Part shown: positions 27,870-36,873 of the stretch, in pieces | How positions within the stretch are numbered: the stretch's first letter is position 1 | Layout of the letters: each line of letters begins with the position of its first letter | IMG/VR virus record: IMGVR_UViG_3300038318_000164 | Coordinates: 1-45,837 of that record | Length of the DNA: 45,837 nucleotides | Direction: 5' to 3' (one strand) | Origin: a virus | Lineage: Duplodnaviria; Caudoviricetes | Position numbers and translations under genes: made by a program | Notes under the pieces: model-generated | What the model was told of the DNA's origin: nothing | Database searches by the model: none | Seen by the model: the letters and a program-made list of their open reading frames with translations, nothing else

Positions 27870-28558
27870 CTGATACCCCTCCTATCTGCTCCTACAAATT
27901 TAACAGGGGTGCTATCATTCCAAACCCTACTTGCAAGTCTATTACCAAGGGCATCTTGCAATTCATCTTGATCTAAATTTCCTGTGTAAATATTGGATAA
28001 CTGATTTAGCTTTCTTTGGTCGATGTACGTAAGTAAGTTAGCGTGGTCGAAATCTCCAAGTTTTGTTGCAGCTATATCATCCCATATAACCAAATCCACT
28101 GTCATAAGCCTACTTTTTAGTGTTTCAAAATCTTCATCCTTCCGACTTATTCCCTCTTTAATTTTTGTAAGGAATGTTGGAACATGAATAAAGATTCCTC
28201 GACATCTAAATCCATTACCTGCCCATACACTATCGAAGTATTTTTGCATTAACTTTATTGCCCAACTTGTTTTACCATTACCAAAGTTATCACTATAAAT
28301 ATAAACACTTTCTCCATTTTCAACGAATGCCATTATATCATCCTTGATTTCCTTTAGGGTTATAAAGGCTTGGACATCTTTTTTAGATGGAGTTAATAAA
28401 ACGCTATATTGCTTATTCCTTGGTATACCACTGTTTTGCATTAGGAAGTCCATTTCCATATACCTTATACAACTTGCATTGCATTCTGGACTTCCATATT
28501 TTCCACACGCTGATGTATACCAACATTTGTTTTTATCAAATATATATTCATACGCCAT
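27866..28558 (-). CDS. DnaC/IstB-like AAA+ helicase loader
   Basis: GNGKT, LVIWDDI, YTGNL, RLASR. Confidence 0.85.
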   Translation of the reverse strand: MAYEYIFDKNKCWYTSACGKYGSPECNASCIRYMEMDFLMQNSGIPRNKQYSVLLTPSKKDVQAFITLKEIKDDIMAFVENGESVYIYSDNFGNGKTSWAIKLMQKYFDSVWAGNGFRCRGIFIHVPTFLTKIKEGISRKDEDFETLKSRLMTVDLVIWDDIAATKLGDFDHANLLTYIDQRKLNQLSNIYTGNLDQDELQDALGNRLASRVWNDSTPVKFVGADRRGIR

Positions 28559-28857
28559 TAGTTCACCTCATCATTTATATGATTCTCCATAATGGCAATT
28601 GTTTTATTATATCCATCCCGTCTGCGGGATATCATTGAAATAAATTCTTTGATATCCCTTTCATCTTCTGCCAACCAATATCCTCCTCCATCTGTTTCCT
28701 TTGAACATATTGGATAGGTCATTCGCAGTTCGGATATAATTTGTTTTAAATGTCTAAATGATAACCCAGTGAAATTCATAAGCTCTTTGCTTGTTATTGC
28801 ATCTTCTCTTTTTTTAGGTATTAAGTTTAGTACCTGTTCTTGTATATCAGTTTTCAT
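28558..28857 (-). CDS. Winged-HTH protein
   Basis: AITSKELMNFTGLSFR...ISELR...GGYW. Confidence 0.65.
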   Translation of the reverse strand: MKTDIQEQVLNLIPKKREDAITSKELMNFTGLSFRHLKQIISELRMTYPICSKETDGGGYWLAEDERDIKEFISMISRRRDGYNKTIAIMENHINDEVN

Positions 28858-28886
28858 TTACTAAATCCCCCTTTAAGCTTGTTACC

Positions 28887-28917
28887 TATTATATAGAAAT
28901 TATTCTGTTTTTATAAA
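28887..28917 (-). promoter_or_regulatory. Phage-type promoter
   Basis: TTTATA-14 nt-TCTATATAATA. Confidence 0.55.
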
Positions 28918-31164
28918 CTAATTACAGACAGAATAGGAACAATTTCTGCAAGTAACACAGCCACCTTCTACAGCAAGAGGTTCCCCACATTCAGGGCATT
29001 CAATCGTATGAATTTTATATTTTGTATCTGGTTCTATCTTAATTTCTGGTTCATTAGTTGCAGCATCTTCTTCCATATGATTAATAAGCATTTTGCCATC
29101 TTTTACAGCTTTTTCAAGTGTTCGTGCTATTGCATAGGGACAACTTGAGCCAGGGCTTACATTCTTACCTCTTGCTTTAGCTGAAGCATAGGATGGACAA
29201 ATATCAACACTCTTTAATTGGTCAATAATACTTTCAATGGAAATTCCTCCACGTAGAGAATGAGATATTAATCTTGATACAGCCTCTTGATTACTCCTGC
29301 AGGTTCCACTACTTCCTTTATTTGTAAAAGTCTGAATAATATTTCCATCTTTATCCCAATTAACTGTTAAATAAGCATTTCCGCATCCCGTTACTATCTT
29401 ATATGTTTTACCAACACACTCTTCCGGAGCTTTGATGACTTCCCCTCTTTTTAGTTCTGGAGTAGCTTCTTCTTTATCGGTAGTAAGTATTCCAGTTCTA
29501 AAACAATTATCTCTAAATAATGTTACACCTTTGAGCCCATGCTTCCAAGCTTGTATATATAGGTCAGCCACCTGCTCAACAGTAAAGCTTTCAGGAACAT
29601 TTATAGTAGAACTAATAGAAGCATCAATATACTTTTGCCAAACTCCTTGGGTCTTAATTCTATCTATATAAGATATAGTTGCAGTAGTGTTAAAATAATC
29701 TGGTAATTGGGATTCGTCTTTAAGATTGAATTTATCCATGAACTCTTTAACAATTGGAGTGAATACTTTATAGTATTTATCTTCACCATGTAAAGATTCC
29801 GTCTTTCTTGTATAAGAAATTGAATACATTGGTTCCAATGCTGTACTCACTCCTAACATTGTAGCTATTGAACCAGTCGGCGGTACTGTTAGGATTTGAC
29901 TATTTGCTAACCCCTTTTCTTCAATTAACATTAGGGTTTCTTTAGAAGCATTGGTTTGTAAGAATTCACTTTGCATTACAGCTGATTTATTATATTTAGG
30001 ATATACCCCATAAACATCTGTCAACTTTGCGGATTCTTGCAAAGCTGTATTAATTAATACCTCTCCTATTTCATTTGCTAAATCTAAGGATTTCTGATTA
30101 CCATATTTAATTCCCATTTTGATTAATGCATCATGCCAACCAAAACACCCTAAGCCAATTTGTCTAAGTTCATTTACACATTCTTGCTGTTGTTTTAATG
30201 GGTGCAATGGTAATCCTTCATGCAGTACTTCGTTAAGAGCTCTTACTGCAATAGATACAGTTTGTTTAAATTCCTCTAAATTAAACTTTGCTTCATTAGT
30301 AAATGGATTATTAACAAATTCAGATAAGTTAACGCTTCCAAGCAAACAACTACCATAAGCAGGAAGTGGTTCTTCCGCACATGGGTTTACTCCTGCATAT
30401 TCAATAGAATCATCTTCACTAAATAAGTTCCAGCCCTTAATTCTATCCCAATAAAGCATTCCGGGTTCAGCCATTTTCCAATTGCTTTTAGCAATTAGGT
30501 TTAGAACTTCTCTTGCTTTAACGACTTTAACTATTTCTTCTCCTGTGGTATCCCTTGCATATTTTAATTCATAATCTTCATCATTTAAAACTGCTTTCAT
30601 AAAATCATCTTTAATTCTAATTGAGATATTTGCCTTTGTTACCTTATCCGGATTATTCTTAACATCTATAAAATCCAATAAGTCAGGATGGTCACAAGAT
30701 ATGGAAATCATTGCAGCCCCTCTTCTTCCATTTTGACCTATCAATTCTGTTGTTAAAGAATATAAATCCATAAAGGATACGCTTCCGGATGTTTCTCTTG
30801 CTGCATTATTTATCTTTGCTCCCTTTGGGGCAAGATTAGAAATATCTATTCCAACTCCTCCACCATAGGAGAATGTTCTTGCCATCTCAGCTGCACAGGT
30901 AAATATTGATTCAAGATTATCTTCCGGTGGAGCCAATACATAACAATTACTGTATGTAATCTTTTTACCTAATTTATGAAGTCCTCTATTTGCTAATATT
31001 CTTCCACCAAAGATGAATTTCTTTTGTTTAATTATTTCAGCCAATTCTTTATTTCCGCCTGATACCCTTTCAAACCACTCTTCTAATGTCTCGTTCTCAT
31101 ATCTATATTTTTTATTCCAAATATCTTGAGATAATTCTTGTGGTAACCATTCATTTAACTCCAT
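28918..31164 (-). CDS. nrdJ: Class II adenosylcobalamin-dependent ribonucleotide reductase with C-terminal TSCPD/zinc-ribbon domain
   Basis: SNCY, RRGA, NPCAEEPL, CLLGS, PPTGS, ISSTIN, KGVTLFR; no nrdB/nrdF partner in the window. Confidence 0.9.
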   Translation of the reverse strand: MELNEWLPQELSQDIWNKKYRYENETLEEWFERVSGGNKELAEIIKQKKFIFGGRILANRGLHKLGKKITYSNCYVLAPPEDNLESIFTCAAEMARTFSYGGGVGIDISNLAPKGAKINNAARETSGSVSFMDLYSLTTELIGQNGRRGAAMISISCDHPDLLDFIDVKNNPDKVTKANISIRIKDDFMKAVLNDEDYELKYARDTTGEEIVKVVKAREVLNLIAKSNWKMAEPGMLYWDRIKGWNLFSEDDSIEYAGVNPCAEEPLPAYGSCLLGSVNLSEFVNNPFTNEAKFNLEEFKQTVSIAVRALNEVLHEGLPLHPLKQQQECVNELRQIGLGCFGWHDALIKMGIKYGNQKSLDLANEIGEVLINTALQESAKLTDVYGVYPKYNKSAVMQSEFLQTNASKETLMLIEEKGLANSQILTVPPTGSIATMLGVSTALEPMYSISYTRKTESLHGEDKYYKVFTPIVKEFMDKFNLKDESQLPDYFNTTATISYIDRIKTQGVWQKYIDASISSTINVPESFTVEQVADLYIQAWKHGLKGVTLFRDNCFRTGILTTDKEEATPELKRGEVIKAPEECVGKTYKIVTGCGNAYLTVNWDKDGNIIQTFTNKGSSGTCRSNQEAVSRLISHSLRGGISIESIIDQLKSVDICPSYASAKARGKNVSPGSSCPYAIARTLEKAVKDGKMLINHMEEDAATNEPEIKIEPDTKYKIHTIECPECGEPLAVEGGCVTCRNCSYSVCN

Positions 31165-31178
31165 TTATCCATCCTCCT

Positions 31179-31298
31179 CTATTCTATTATCTTATCTTCA
31201 CTCTTATAACATACTCGGCCACATAATTCCAATTTCTTTAACACTCCAACTGGAGTTATATTATCTAATATTTCAATGCTTGGCTTAATTATTTTCAT
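31179..31298 (-). pseudogene. thyX: N-terminal remnant of flavin-dependent thymidylate synthase
   Basis: MKIIKPSIEILDNITPVGVLKKLELCGRVCYKSEDKIIE-stop; CGRVCYKSEDKI is typical of the clostridial ThyX N-terminus. Confidence 0.7.
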
Positions 31299-31633
31299 TA
31301 TTCATTCTCCTCTCGATGTAAACTTCTTTCTGCTTCAAAGCCGTTTGGATATCTTTTCATTAGCTTGTCCACATTCATCTGCATAATCTCTTCTATGGTA
31401 TATCCTAAGCCCTCTGCCATAATTGCTATATACCAGCAAATATCTCCAAGTTCTTTTGCAAGATGCTCTTTCTTTAATTCATGTCCTTGGAATAAATGTT
31501 TCTTAATATGGTCTGCAACCTCTCCACTTTCTCCAGTCAATCCAAGGGCTCCATTTAATACTAAATCTTTAGGCTCTAAAGTACTCGCTGTTCTTAATGC
31601 TGCTTTTTGATAATCATTTGCTCTCATTTTCAT
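31298..31633 (-). CDS. MazG-like nucleotide pyrophosphohydrolase
   Basis: GLTGESGEV, KELGDICWY, N..KL..RYP. Confidence 0.9.
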   Translation of the reverse strand: MKMRANDYQKAALRTASTLEPKDLVLNGALGLTGESGEVADHIKKHLFQGHELKKEHLAKELGDICWYIAIMAEGLGYTIEEIMQMNVDKLMKRYPNGFEAERSLHREENE

Positions 31634-31901
31634 CCATCTCCATTTCTACTAATTCCATAATACAATAATTTGCTAAATCAAATAAGGTGTCCTTAATACT
31701 TTCATCTGATACCTTTTGAGTGGCTCCACTCTTTAAGGTCTTCAGGCGGCTAAACTTATCATAAATCCTAATTAGAATCGCGTTGTCGAATTCCTTTCTC
31801 ATTTTAGCAAAGGAATCTCCATAGTCATGATTCTTTCTTTCGTACAAGTCTGTCATACTTTGGCAAATCTTGGCATGGGTTTCTACTTTCTTATTTGCCA
31901 T
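31614..31901 (-). CDS. DUF1599-like nucleotide-modification-associated protein
   Basis: KNHDYGDSF, RIYDKFSRL, ESIKDTLFDLANY. Confidence 0.85.
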   Translation of the reverse strand: MANKKVETHAKICQSMTDLYERKNHDYGDSFAKMRKEFDNAILIRIYDKFSRLKTLKSGATQKVSDESIKDTLFDLANYCIMELVEMEMDENESK

Positions 31902-31958
31902 ACATTCTCCTCCTTTTAAATTTATGAGTATCTATTAATTATAATACATAATTAATCT

Positions 31959-32813
31959 TTAGAATTGTAATAAATTGCCATTTTCATCCTTAGCTAAATT
32001 TTCTTCAAATTCTTTCTTTTCTTCTTCTGTCATATTAACAACAGCTTCTACCTTTCTTCCGAATGTATTATCAAACTTTGGTTTACTAAAATTATTTTTC
32101 TTATCTTTCTCCCAAGCTGCAATGATTTGCATATATCCTCCGGCAATAGCATTGTTTATTTTATCTAAAGCTACTGAAGCACTATCTCCAGCGAAATTTC
32201 TTAAATCATCTAATATAATTTGCCATTGATTAGGTTGGAGTCCTTTCTTTAGTCTAAGATTAAAATACTCTAATAATTTTTCCCTAATATCTTCATTTTG
32301 GGTAAAAGCATTTATCATTCCTCTCATAGTAACTATATCTTTAGCCTTCTTTGTTTTTTTAGTAGTAGTTTCTATAATAGGTTTGGATTTTGGTGGTGTT
32401 TCATCTTTAGATGTATATTCTTTTTTATTATTAATTATTTTAGTATTATCAGTAAAGTTTTCTTTCATAGGGTATTGAAGATTTCTTTCATACCCCGTTA
32501 AAATTTCTTTCATAGGGTCATTAAGAATTCTTATATACCTATTTTGAATCTCTTTACTGTTTTCTTTATATATCATATCTACACTTATATAGCCATTTTT
32601 TTGTAAACTTGAAATCCAATTAGATACAGATGTTTTAGAAACCCCATATAATTCTGCAAAGTAAGCATTGCTTGCCCAACAATAACCTTTTTCATTACAC
32701 AATGCAGTTATTTCTGCATATAATAATTTAGCGTTAGGAGTTATATTTTTATCATATCTAATGGTTGCAGGTATTATGGCGTAATAACCTCTATGTAATG
32801 TAGTTTCTTCCAT
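31959..32813 (-). CDS. Phage replication initiator (N-terminal HTH)
   Basis: YYAIIPATIRYD...AKLLYAEITALCNEKGYCWASNAYFAELY; internal iterons. Confidence 0.85.
   Translation of the reverse strand: MEETTLHRGYYAIIPATIRYDKNITPNAKLLYAEITALCNEKGYCWASNAYFAELYGVSKTSVSNWISSLQKNGYISVDMIYKENSKEIQNRYIRILNDPMKEILTGYERNLQYPMKENFTDNTKIINNKKEYTSKDETPPKSKPIIETTTKKTKKAKDIVTMRGMINAFTQNEDIREKLLEYFNLRLKKGLQPNQWQIILDDLRNFAGDSASVALDKINNAIAGGYMQIIAAWEKDKKNNFSKPKFDNTFGRKVEAVVNMTEEEKKEFEENLAKDENGNLLQF
32459..32518. repeat. Iterons / putative replication origin inside the initiator gene
   Basis: TTTCTTTCATA x3 at 32459, 32482, 32504 (22-23 bp period; two copies extend with GGGT), next to an AT-rich tract. Confidence 0.7.
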
Positions 32814-32838
32814 ACCTTGACCTCCTATGAATTATAAT

Positions 32839-32936
32839 AATAAAAGGTATGGTTACTTGAGTTCGCGGCTCGTTCACCATACCTTTTATTGATAATCAGT
32901 ATTTACTTATGGTATCAGTACCACGAATACTGATTA
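32839..32936 (-). promoter_or_regulatory. Structured 5' leader of the initiator gene (two hairpins)
   Basis: 15-bp perfect inverted repeat 32839-32853/32876-32890 and 11-bp inverted repeat 32893-32903/32926-32936. Confidence 0.65.
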
Positions 32937-32943
32937 CCTCTAT

Positions 32944-32972
32944 ATTATATAATCTAACATATTTTAAATCAA
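32944..32972 (-). promoter_or_regulatory. Sigma-A type promoter
   Basis: TTGATT-17 nt-TATAAT. Confidence 0.7.
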
Positions 32973-32979
32973 GAAGAAT

Positions 32980-33246
32980 TTATCTTCCTTGCTTCAGTAT
33001 TTCTACTACATCTTGAACTTGCTTATCCACTTGAGCATGCACTTCATCCCAAAGTAATTCTCTTTCTTTTTCAAAGTTAATACCTCTCTCATCCACTAAA
33101 TCCACCGGAAACTCTCTTTTCTCTGCAAATTCAAATGTATAGAAAGTTTCATTCAATTTAACACTTATACGGCTATGGGCTTCAATGGAAGTAGTAACAG
33201 CTTGGCTCTGATATTCAGCTGGTTGCTGTTTTCTTTTTGCTGCCAT
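32980..33246 (-). CDS. Hypothetical protein
   Basis: Coupled ORF with RBS. Confidence 0.65.
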   Translation of the reverse strand: MAAKRKQQPAEYQSQAVTTSIEAHSRISVKLNETFYTFEFAEKREFPVDLVDERGINFEKERELLWDEVHAQVDKQVQDVVEILKQGR

Positions 33247-33247
33247 T

Positions 33248-33673
33248 TTATTCCTCTTTTCTCTTGAGCTTGGTTACTCTTAAAGTAACAACTTCTTTTT
33301 TAGTTTGGCAATTAGCTAAGGCTGCAGCATCAATCTTTCCATTGTAAATAGCATTTTCAAGAGCGTCCATATCAACATACTCTTTCTTCTTCACTATTCC
33401 GGGAACTTTCATTTCTTTTAGCTTTGCAATTAAAGCCTCTTCAATGAAGTCTTCTCTTTCTGAAACTGAACAACTAGCTTTGATATCATCTACAACAAAT
33501 TCTCTAAGCCCAGCTCCTAACATAATTGTCTTAATTCCTTTGTTATCCTTATCTACCAGCTTCTTATATGAATCCATTTTTGACTTATTGGCTTCATATA
33601 TTGGAAGTAATTGGGATAGCTTTTCTTCCGGTGCTCTAACATCTTCGACTAATGAAATTTGTTTTCTTACCAT
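33248..33673 (-). CDS. Hypothetical coiled-coil phage protein (start reassigned to MVRKQ)
   Basis: AAGGAGG RBS before 33673; KEYVDMDALENAIYNG. Confidence 0.65.
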   Translation of the reverse strand: MVRKQISLVEDVRAPEEKLSQLLPIYEANKSKMDSYKKLVDKDNKGIKTIMLGAGLREFVVDDIKASCSVSEREDFIEEALIAKLKEMKVPGIVKKKEYVDMDALENAIYNGKIDAAALANCQTKKEVVTLRVTKLKRKEE

Positions 33674-33704
33674 TATTTTATCCTCCTTAAATTTTAGGTT
33701 CAAA

Positions 33705-33735
33705 TATTATATAGAATATTTAATCATTTTGTAAC
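33705..33735 (-). promoter_or_regulatory. Phage-type promoter
   Basis: GTTACA-14 nt-TCTATATAATA. Confidence 0.55.
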
Positions 33736-34034
33736 TTGTTTTTATTTTTAAGGGCTCTTTTTCCTCTTTCACCCCAGAACTGTGCATTATAATCTCCCAT
33801 AATTCCAGCTCTACCTCTTGGAATCCATTTTTTGAATTTCATCAATTTAGGTAAATCAGCTTTATCCCAATAACGAGTACCTCTCTTTCCTTGCTGTGTA
33901 TAAGCAGGTAACTCCGGTGTATCTTTTGGTTTTTCATACTTCGGGTTATTATACCACTTATACCAATTATTTAATGTAGGAACGGAAATATCCAGATGCT
34001 GCGCTACCTTAGTTGCTGTTAACATATTATTCAA
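33720..34034 (-). CDS. MerR/excisionase-like HTH protein
   Basis: LTATKVAQHLDISVPTLNNW...GTRYW. Confidence 0.7.
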   Translation of the reverse strand: MNNMLTATKVAQHLDISVPTLNNWYKWYNNPKYEKPKDTPELPAYTQQGKRGTRYWDKADLPKLMKFKKWIPRGRAGIMGDYNAQFWGERGKRALKNKNKLQND

Positions 34035-34731
34035 AGCTTATCACCTCCTCAATCCTTACAATCTTTCCTTCAAAGCCTAAATTTGATATATCACCTAATT
34101 TTTTAGTTTTAGGGTCAAGCTTATCAATATCTACTATAAATTCAATAATATTTCCATTGATTGGAACATATTGATTATTAGCATCAGTATGTATGTCCAT
34201 TTTTATATCTCCTACCATAACGTAAAATACAAAGCCATTATCTAAAGTTATTTTTAACTCTTTACCTACTTCAGTTGCATAATAGCTTCCAACTGCTACT
34301 AAATATCTTCCATTAAATACCCTGAATCCTTTTTCATTTGTAGTAGCCAATTGCTGTAAATTCCATTGTTTAGATGTTTTATCCTTTATTTTTCGATAAT
34401 CCATATAAGTTTTAAATTCTCCGGTAGCTTCAGTGGGAAGTTCCAAAGTATTATAGGTGTACAACTCCTTATTTGCTTGTACATCAATTATCTCTTCTTC
34501 AATACCTATTTGGTAAGGCTCGGCCGATACTTCAGTAAATATCGGCTTGTACATAGTTACTGCTTCTAACTCTCTTTCTACGTTCCTATTCACTTGCCAT
34601 ATTAGATAACCAAATACTATTAATAGCATGGTCATTATTAAAATAAATTGACGCTTTTGAGCTTGGACTCTCCTTATCTTAAAGTTCCTCATTTTCTGTT
34701 TACATGCTGCACATTCTTCATAATTATACAT
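34027..34731 (-). CDS. Membrane-anchored protein, possibly a cell-wall-acting 3D-like domain
   Basis: Single TM helix; FKTYMDY, RYLVAVGSYY, GDIK, IIEFIVD. Confidence 0.5.
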   Translation of the reverse strand: MYNYEECAACKQKMRNFKIRRVQAQKRQFILIMTMLLIVFGYLIWQVNRNVERELEAVTMYKPIFTEVSAEPYQIGIEEEIIDVQANKELYTYNTLELPTEATGEFKTYMDYRKIKDKTSKQWNLQQLATTNEKGFRVFNGRYLVAVGSYYATEVGKELKITLDNGFVFYVMVGDIKMDIHTDANNQYVPINGNIIEFIVDIDKLDPKTKKLGDISNLGFEGKIVRIEEVISFE

Positions 34732-34744
34732 TCTCTTTTCCCCC

Positions 34745-36412
34745 TTAGTTTAATAAGAAATCAATAACCTGTTCTCTATTATTATCCATTTTTCCATCAA
34801 CCAGCATATCTGCCATAACGCCTTTTTTATAAATCAATTCTTCGATTCTTTCATCAATGGTATCTTTACAAACTATAGTGATTATATTTACATTTGACTT
34901 AGTACCAATTCTATGGGCTCTATCTTCAGCTTGTTCTTTATTAGCTCTATTCCAAGGGCTATCTAAAAAGATTACGGTTGTTGCTGCGGTTAAGGTTAAG
35001 CCTGTTCCCATTGCTCCAATTGTTCCGATGATGCATTTACAATTCTTATCGTTTGTAAATCTATCCTGCTCAGCAACTCTGTCCTTTGTTTCTCCAGTGA
35101 TTATTGCAGGATTAAATCTTTTTAGTCTTTCATAAGTAGGGGTAGTCATATCTGTCCAGTTACTAAAGATTATACACTTTTCACCATTCTCAACTAACTC
35201 TTCTACAATTTCCTCAAGTCTATCAAGTTTTGCACTTTCTTTTATTTGACTACTTAATATTCCAGTAAAGCCAGTTGCTTGTCTTAATCTAATTAGTTGT
35301 GCCAATGGATTATTACTAATTTTAATCTTATCAATCTGTTCCTTGATTTCGGCTTTAACTTCATTATATATAGCAGTTTGAGCTTCACTCATTTCTACAT
35401 ATTCGGTAGTATGGATTTTATCTGGTAAATCAAGTACATCTTTCTTTAATCTTCTTAACATTAGACTATCCAAATTCTCTTGTAGTTCTCCTAAATTTCT
35501 ATATCCAACTACTTCATATCCGCCATATCCTCCCATTACACAATAATGCTTTTTGAATTGGTAGAATGAGTGCTTCTCAAATCCCAACCACTTGAGTACA
35601 ATATATAAATCAAGAGGTGTATTCATTAAAGGTGTCCCAGTCATTGCTATTCTTGTTTCAGGCAATATCTTCAGGATTGCTTTACCTTGCTGTGATGCTG
35701 GATTCTTACATTTATGGATTTCATCAATAGCTACCATTCCGATTATTCCCTTATCACAAAGCTCTTTAATCTTATCGCAAATCCCTTTATCTCTAAGACT
35801 TTCTACATTAGTGATAAGGAAGTAACTGTCAGGTAGGTTATTTAGGTCTGCTAATTTGTCTTTGCTTGAGCCTACAACGGCTTTACCTTTACCATTATAT
35901 CTTGTTCCTAATATCCAACTACTTTCATTACTATGGACTCTAATTTCGGCCTGCCAGTTCCATTTCAATCCATTAACTCCGCAAATGATTAAGCAATGCT
36001 TATATTTTTTAATTAATTTCTTTGCTACCGCTATATCAATTACTTGTTTTGTTTTACCAAGGCCTTGTTCATCACCTAATAAGAATTTATCATATTTTAA
36101 TCCGTATTCAAATCCTTCTATTTGATGGCTAAATGGAGTGGTCTTAAATTCGAAGCCCTTTGGTAATTTAATAGCTTTTTTCTGTTCCGTAGCTTTATAA
36201 TTACCAGTTAATGTAATTTCTCTATTTCCCATTTGACTAATTAATGTCATAAGCTTCTTTGCAGGTACTTCCCATTCCTTTTCATTCGCATGCCAAAACC
36301 TACTTGATTGTGTTCTCATTATTCCAACTAATTCGGCATCATATGGAAAGCTTATAAAAGCACTTAAATCTCCATTAACTTTTTCTGCTTCTTTAATCGT
36401 AATGTTAACCAT
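34745..36412 (-). CDS. SNF2-family helicase
   Basis: DEQGLGKT, DEIH, TGTP, LRRLKKDVL, QAEDRAHRIG. Confidence 0.93.
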   Translation of the reverse strand: MVNITIKEAEKVNGDLSAFISFPYDAELVGIMRTQSSRFWHANEKEWEVPAKKLMTLISQMGNREITLTGNYKATEQKKAIKLPKGFEFKTTPFSHQIEGFEYGLKYDKFLLGDEQGLGKTKQVIDIAVAKKLIKKYKHCLIICGVNGLKWNWQAEIRVHSNESSWILGTRYNGKGKAVVGSSKDKLADLNNLPDSYFLITNVESLRDKGICDKIKELCDKGIIGMVAIDEIHKCKNPASQQGKAILKILPETRIAMTGTPLMNTPLDLYIVLKWLGFEKHSFYQFKKHYCVMGGYGGYEVVGYRNLGELQENLDSLMLRRLKKDVLDLPDKIHTTEYVEMSEAQTAIYNEVKAEIKEQIDKIKISNNPLAQLIRLRQATGFTGILSSQIKESAKLDRLEEIVEELVENGEKCIIFSNWTDMTTPTYERLKRFNPAIITGETKDRVAEQDRFTNDKNCKCIIGTIGAMGTGLTLTAATTVIFLDSPWNRANKEQAEDRAHRIGTKSNVNIITIVCKDTIDERIEELIYKKGVMADMLVDGKMDNNREQVIDFLLN

Positions 36413-36452
36413 TGTATTTCCTCCCCGCTTTTTAACAAGTTTTCTGAGTTCC

Positions 36453-36734
36453 TTAATATTTGATATTTAGCTGCTTCCAAAATCTCTTTATATCTCCGTA
36501 ATACTCAAACTTGGCATAATCCATTTTGTCGATTTGGTTAGCTTTATATTGAACCAGTAATTGAATCAATGCTTCCTTTTTCCATTTACTCATTATCTTA
36601 TAAACTGAGGGATGTACAAATCCAAACCCTTGAATAATTTCCATCAGCTCTGCCTTATTTTTTGTCTTAAGAAAATCTACCAATGGTTGTACTGACTCTA
36701 TACCTTTTCCAAACTCTTTAAATTTCTTTTTCAT
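36453..36734 (-). CDS. Hypothetical early protein
   Basis: AAGGAGG RBS, first gene after a promoter. Confidence 0.7.
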   Translation of the reverse strand: MKKKFKEFGKGIESVQPLVDFLKTKNKAELMEIIQGFGFVHPSVYKIMSKWKKEALIQLLVQYKANQIDKMDYAKFEYYGDIKRFWKQLNIKY

Positions 36735-36784
36735 TTTATTTCCTCCTTCAAAAGTGTTTTAAGTGAGGTTCTGCCCTCAATAAT

Positions 36785-36813
36785 ATTATATAACATATTA
36801 AACAATAAATCAA
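36785..36813 (-). promoter_or_regulatory. Sigma-A type early promoter
   Basis: TTGATT-17 nt-TATAAT. Confidence 0.75.
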
Positions 36814-36822
36814 CTCTTTTTG

Positions 36823-36863
36823 AAAAAAAATAAAGCCCCTAAGTTATATTAAGGGCTTTATTT
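36823..36863 (-). terminator. Terminator ending the late/lysis operon
   Basis: AAATAAAGCCC/GGGCTTTATTT stem followed by a long U tract. Confidence 0.8.
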
Positions 36864-36873
36864 GAATATAATA

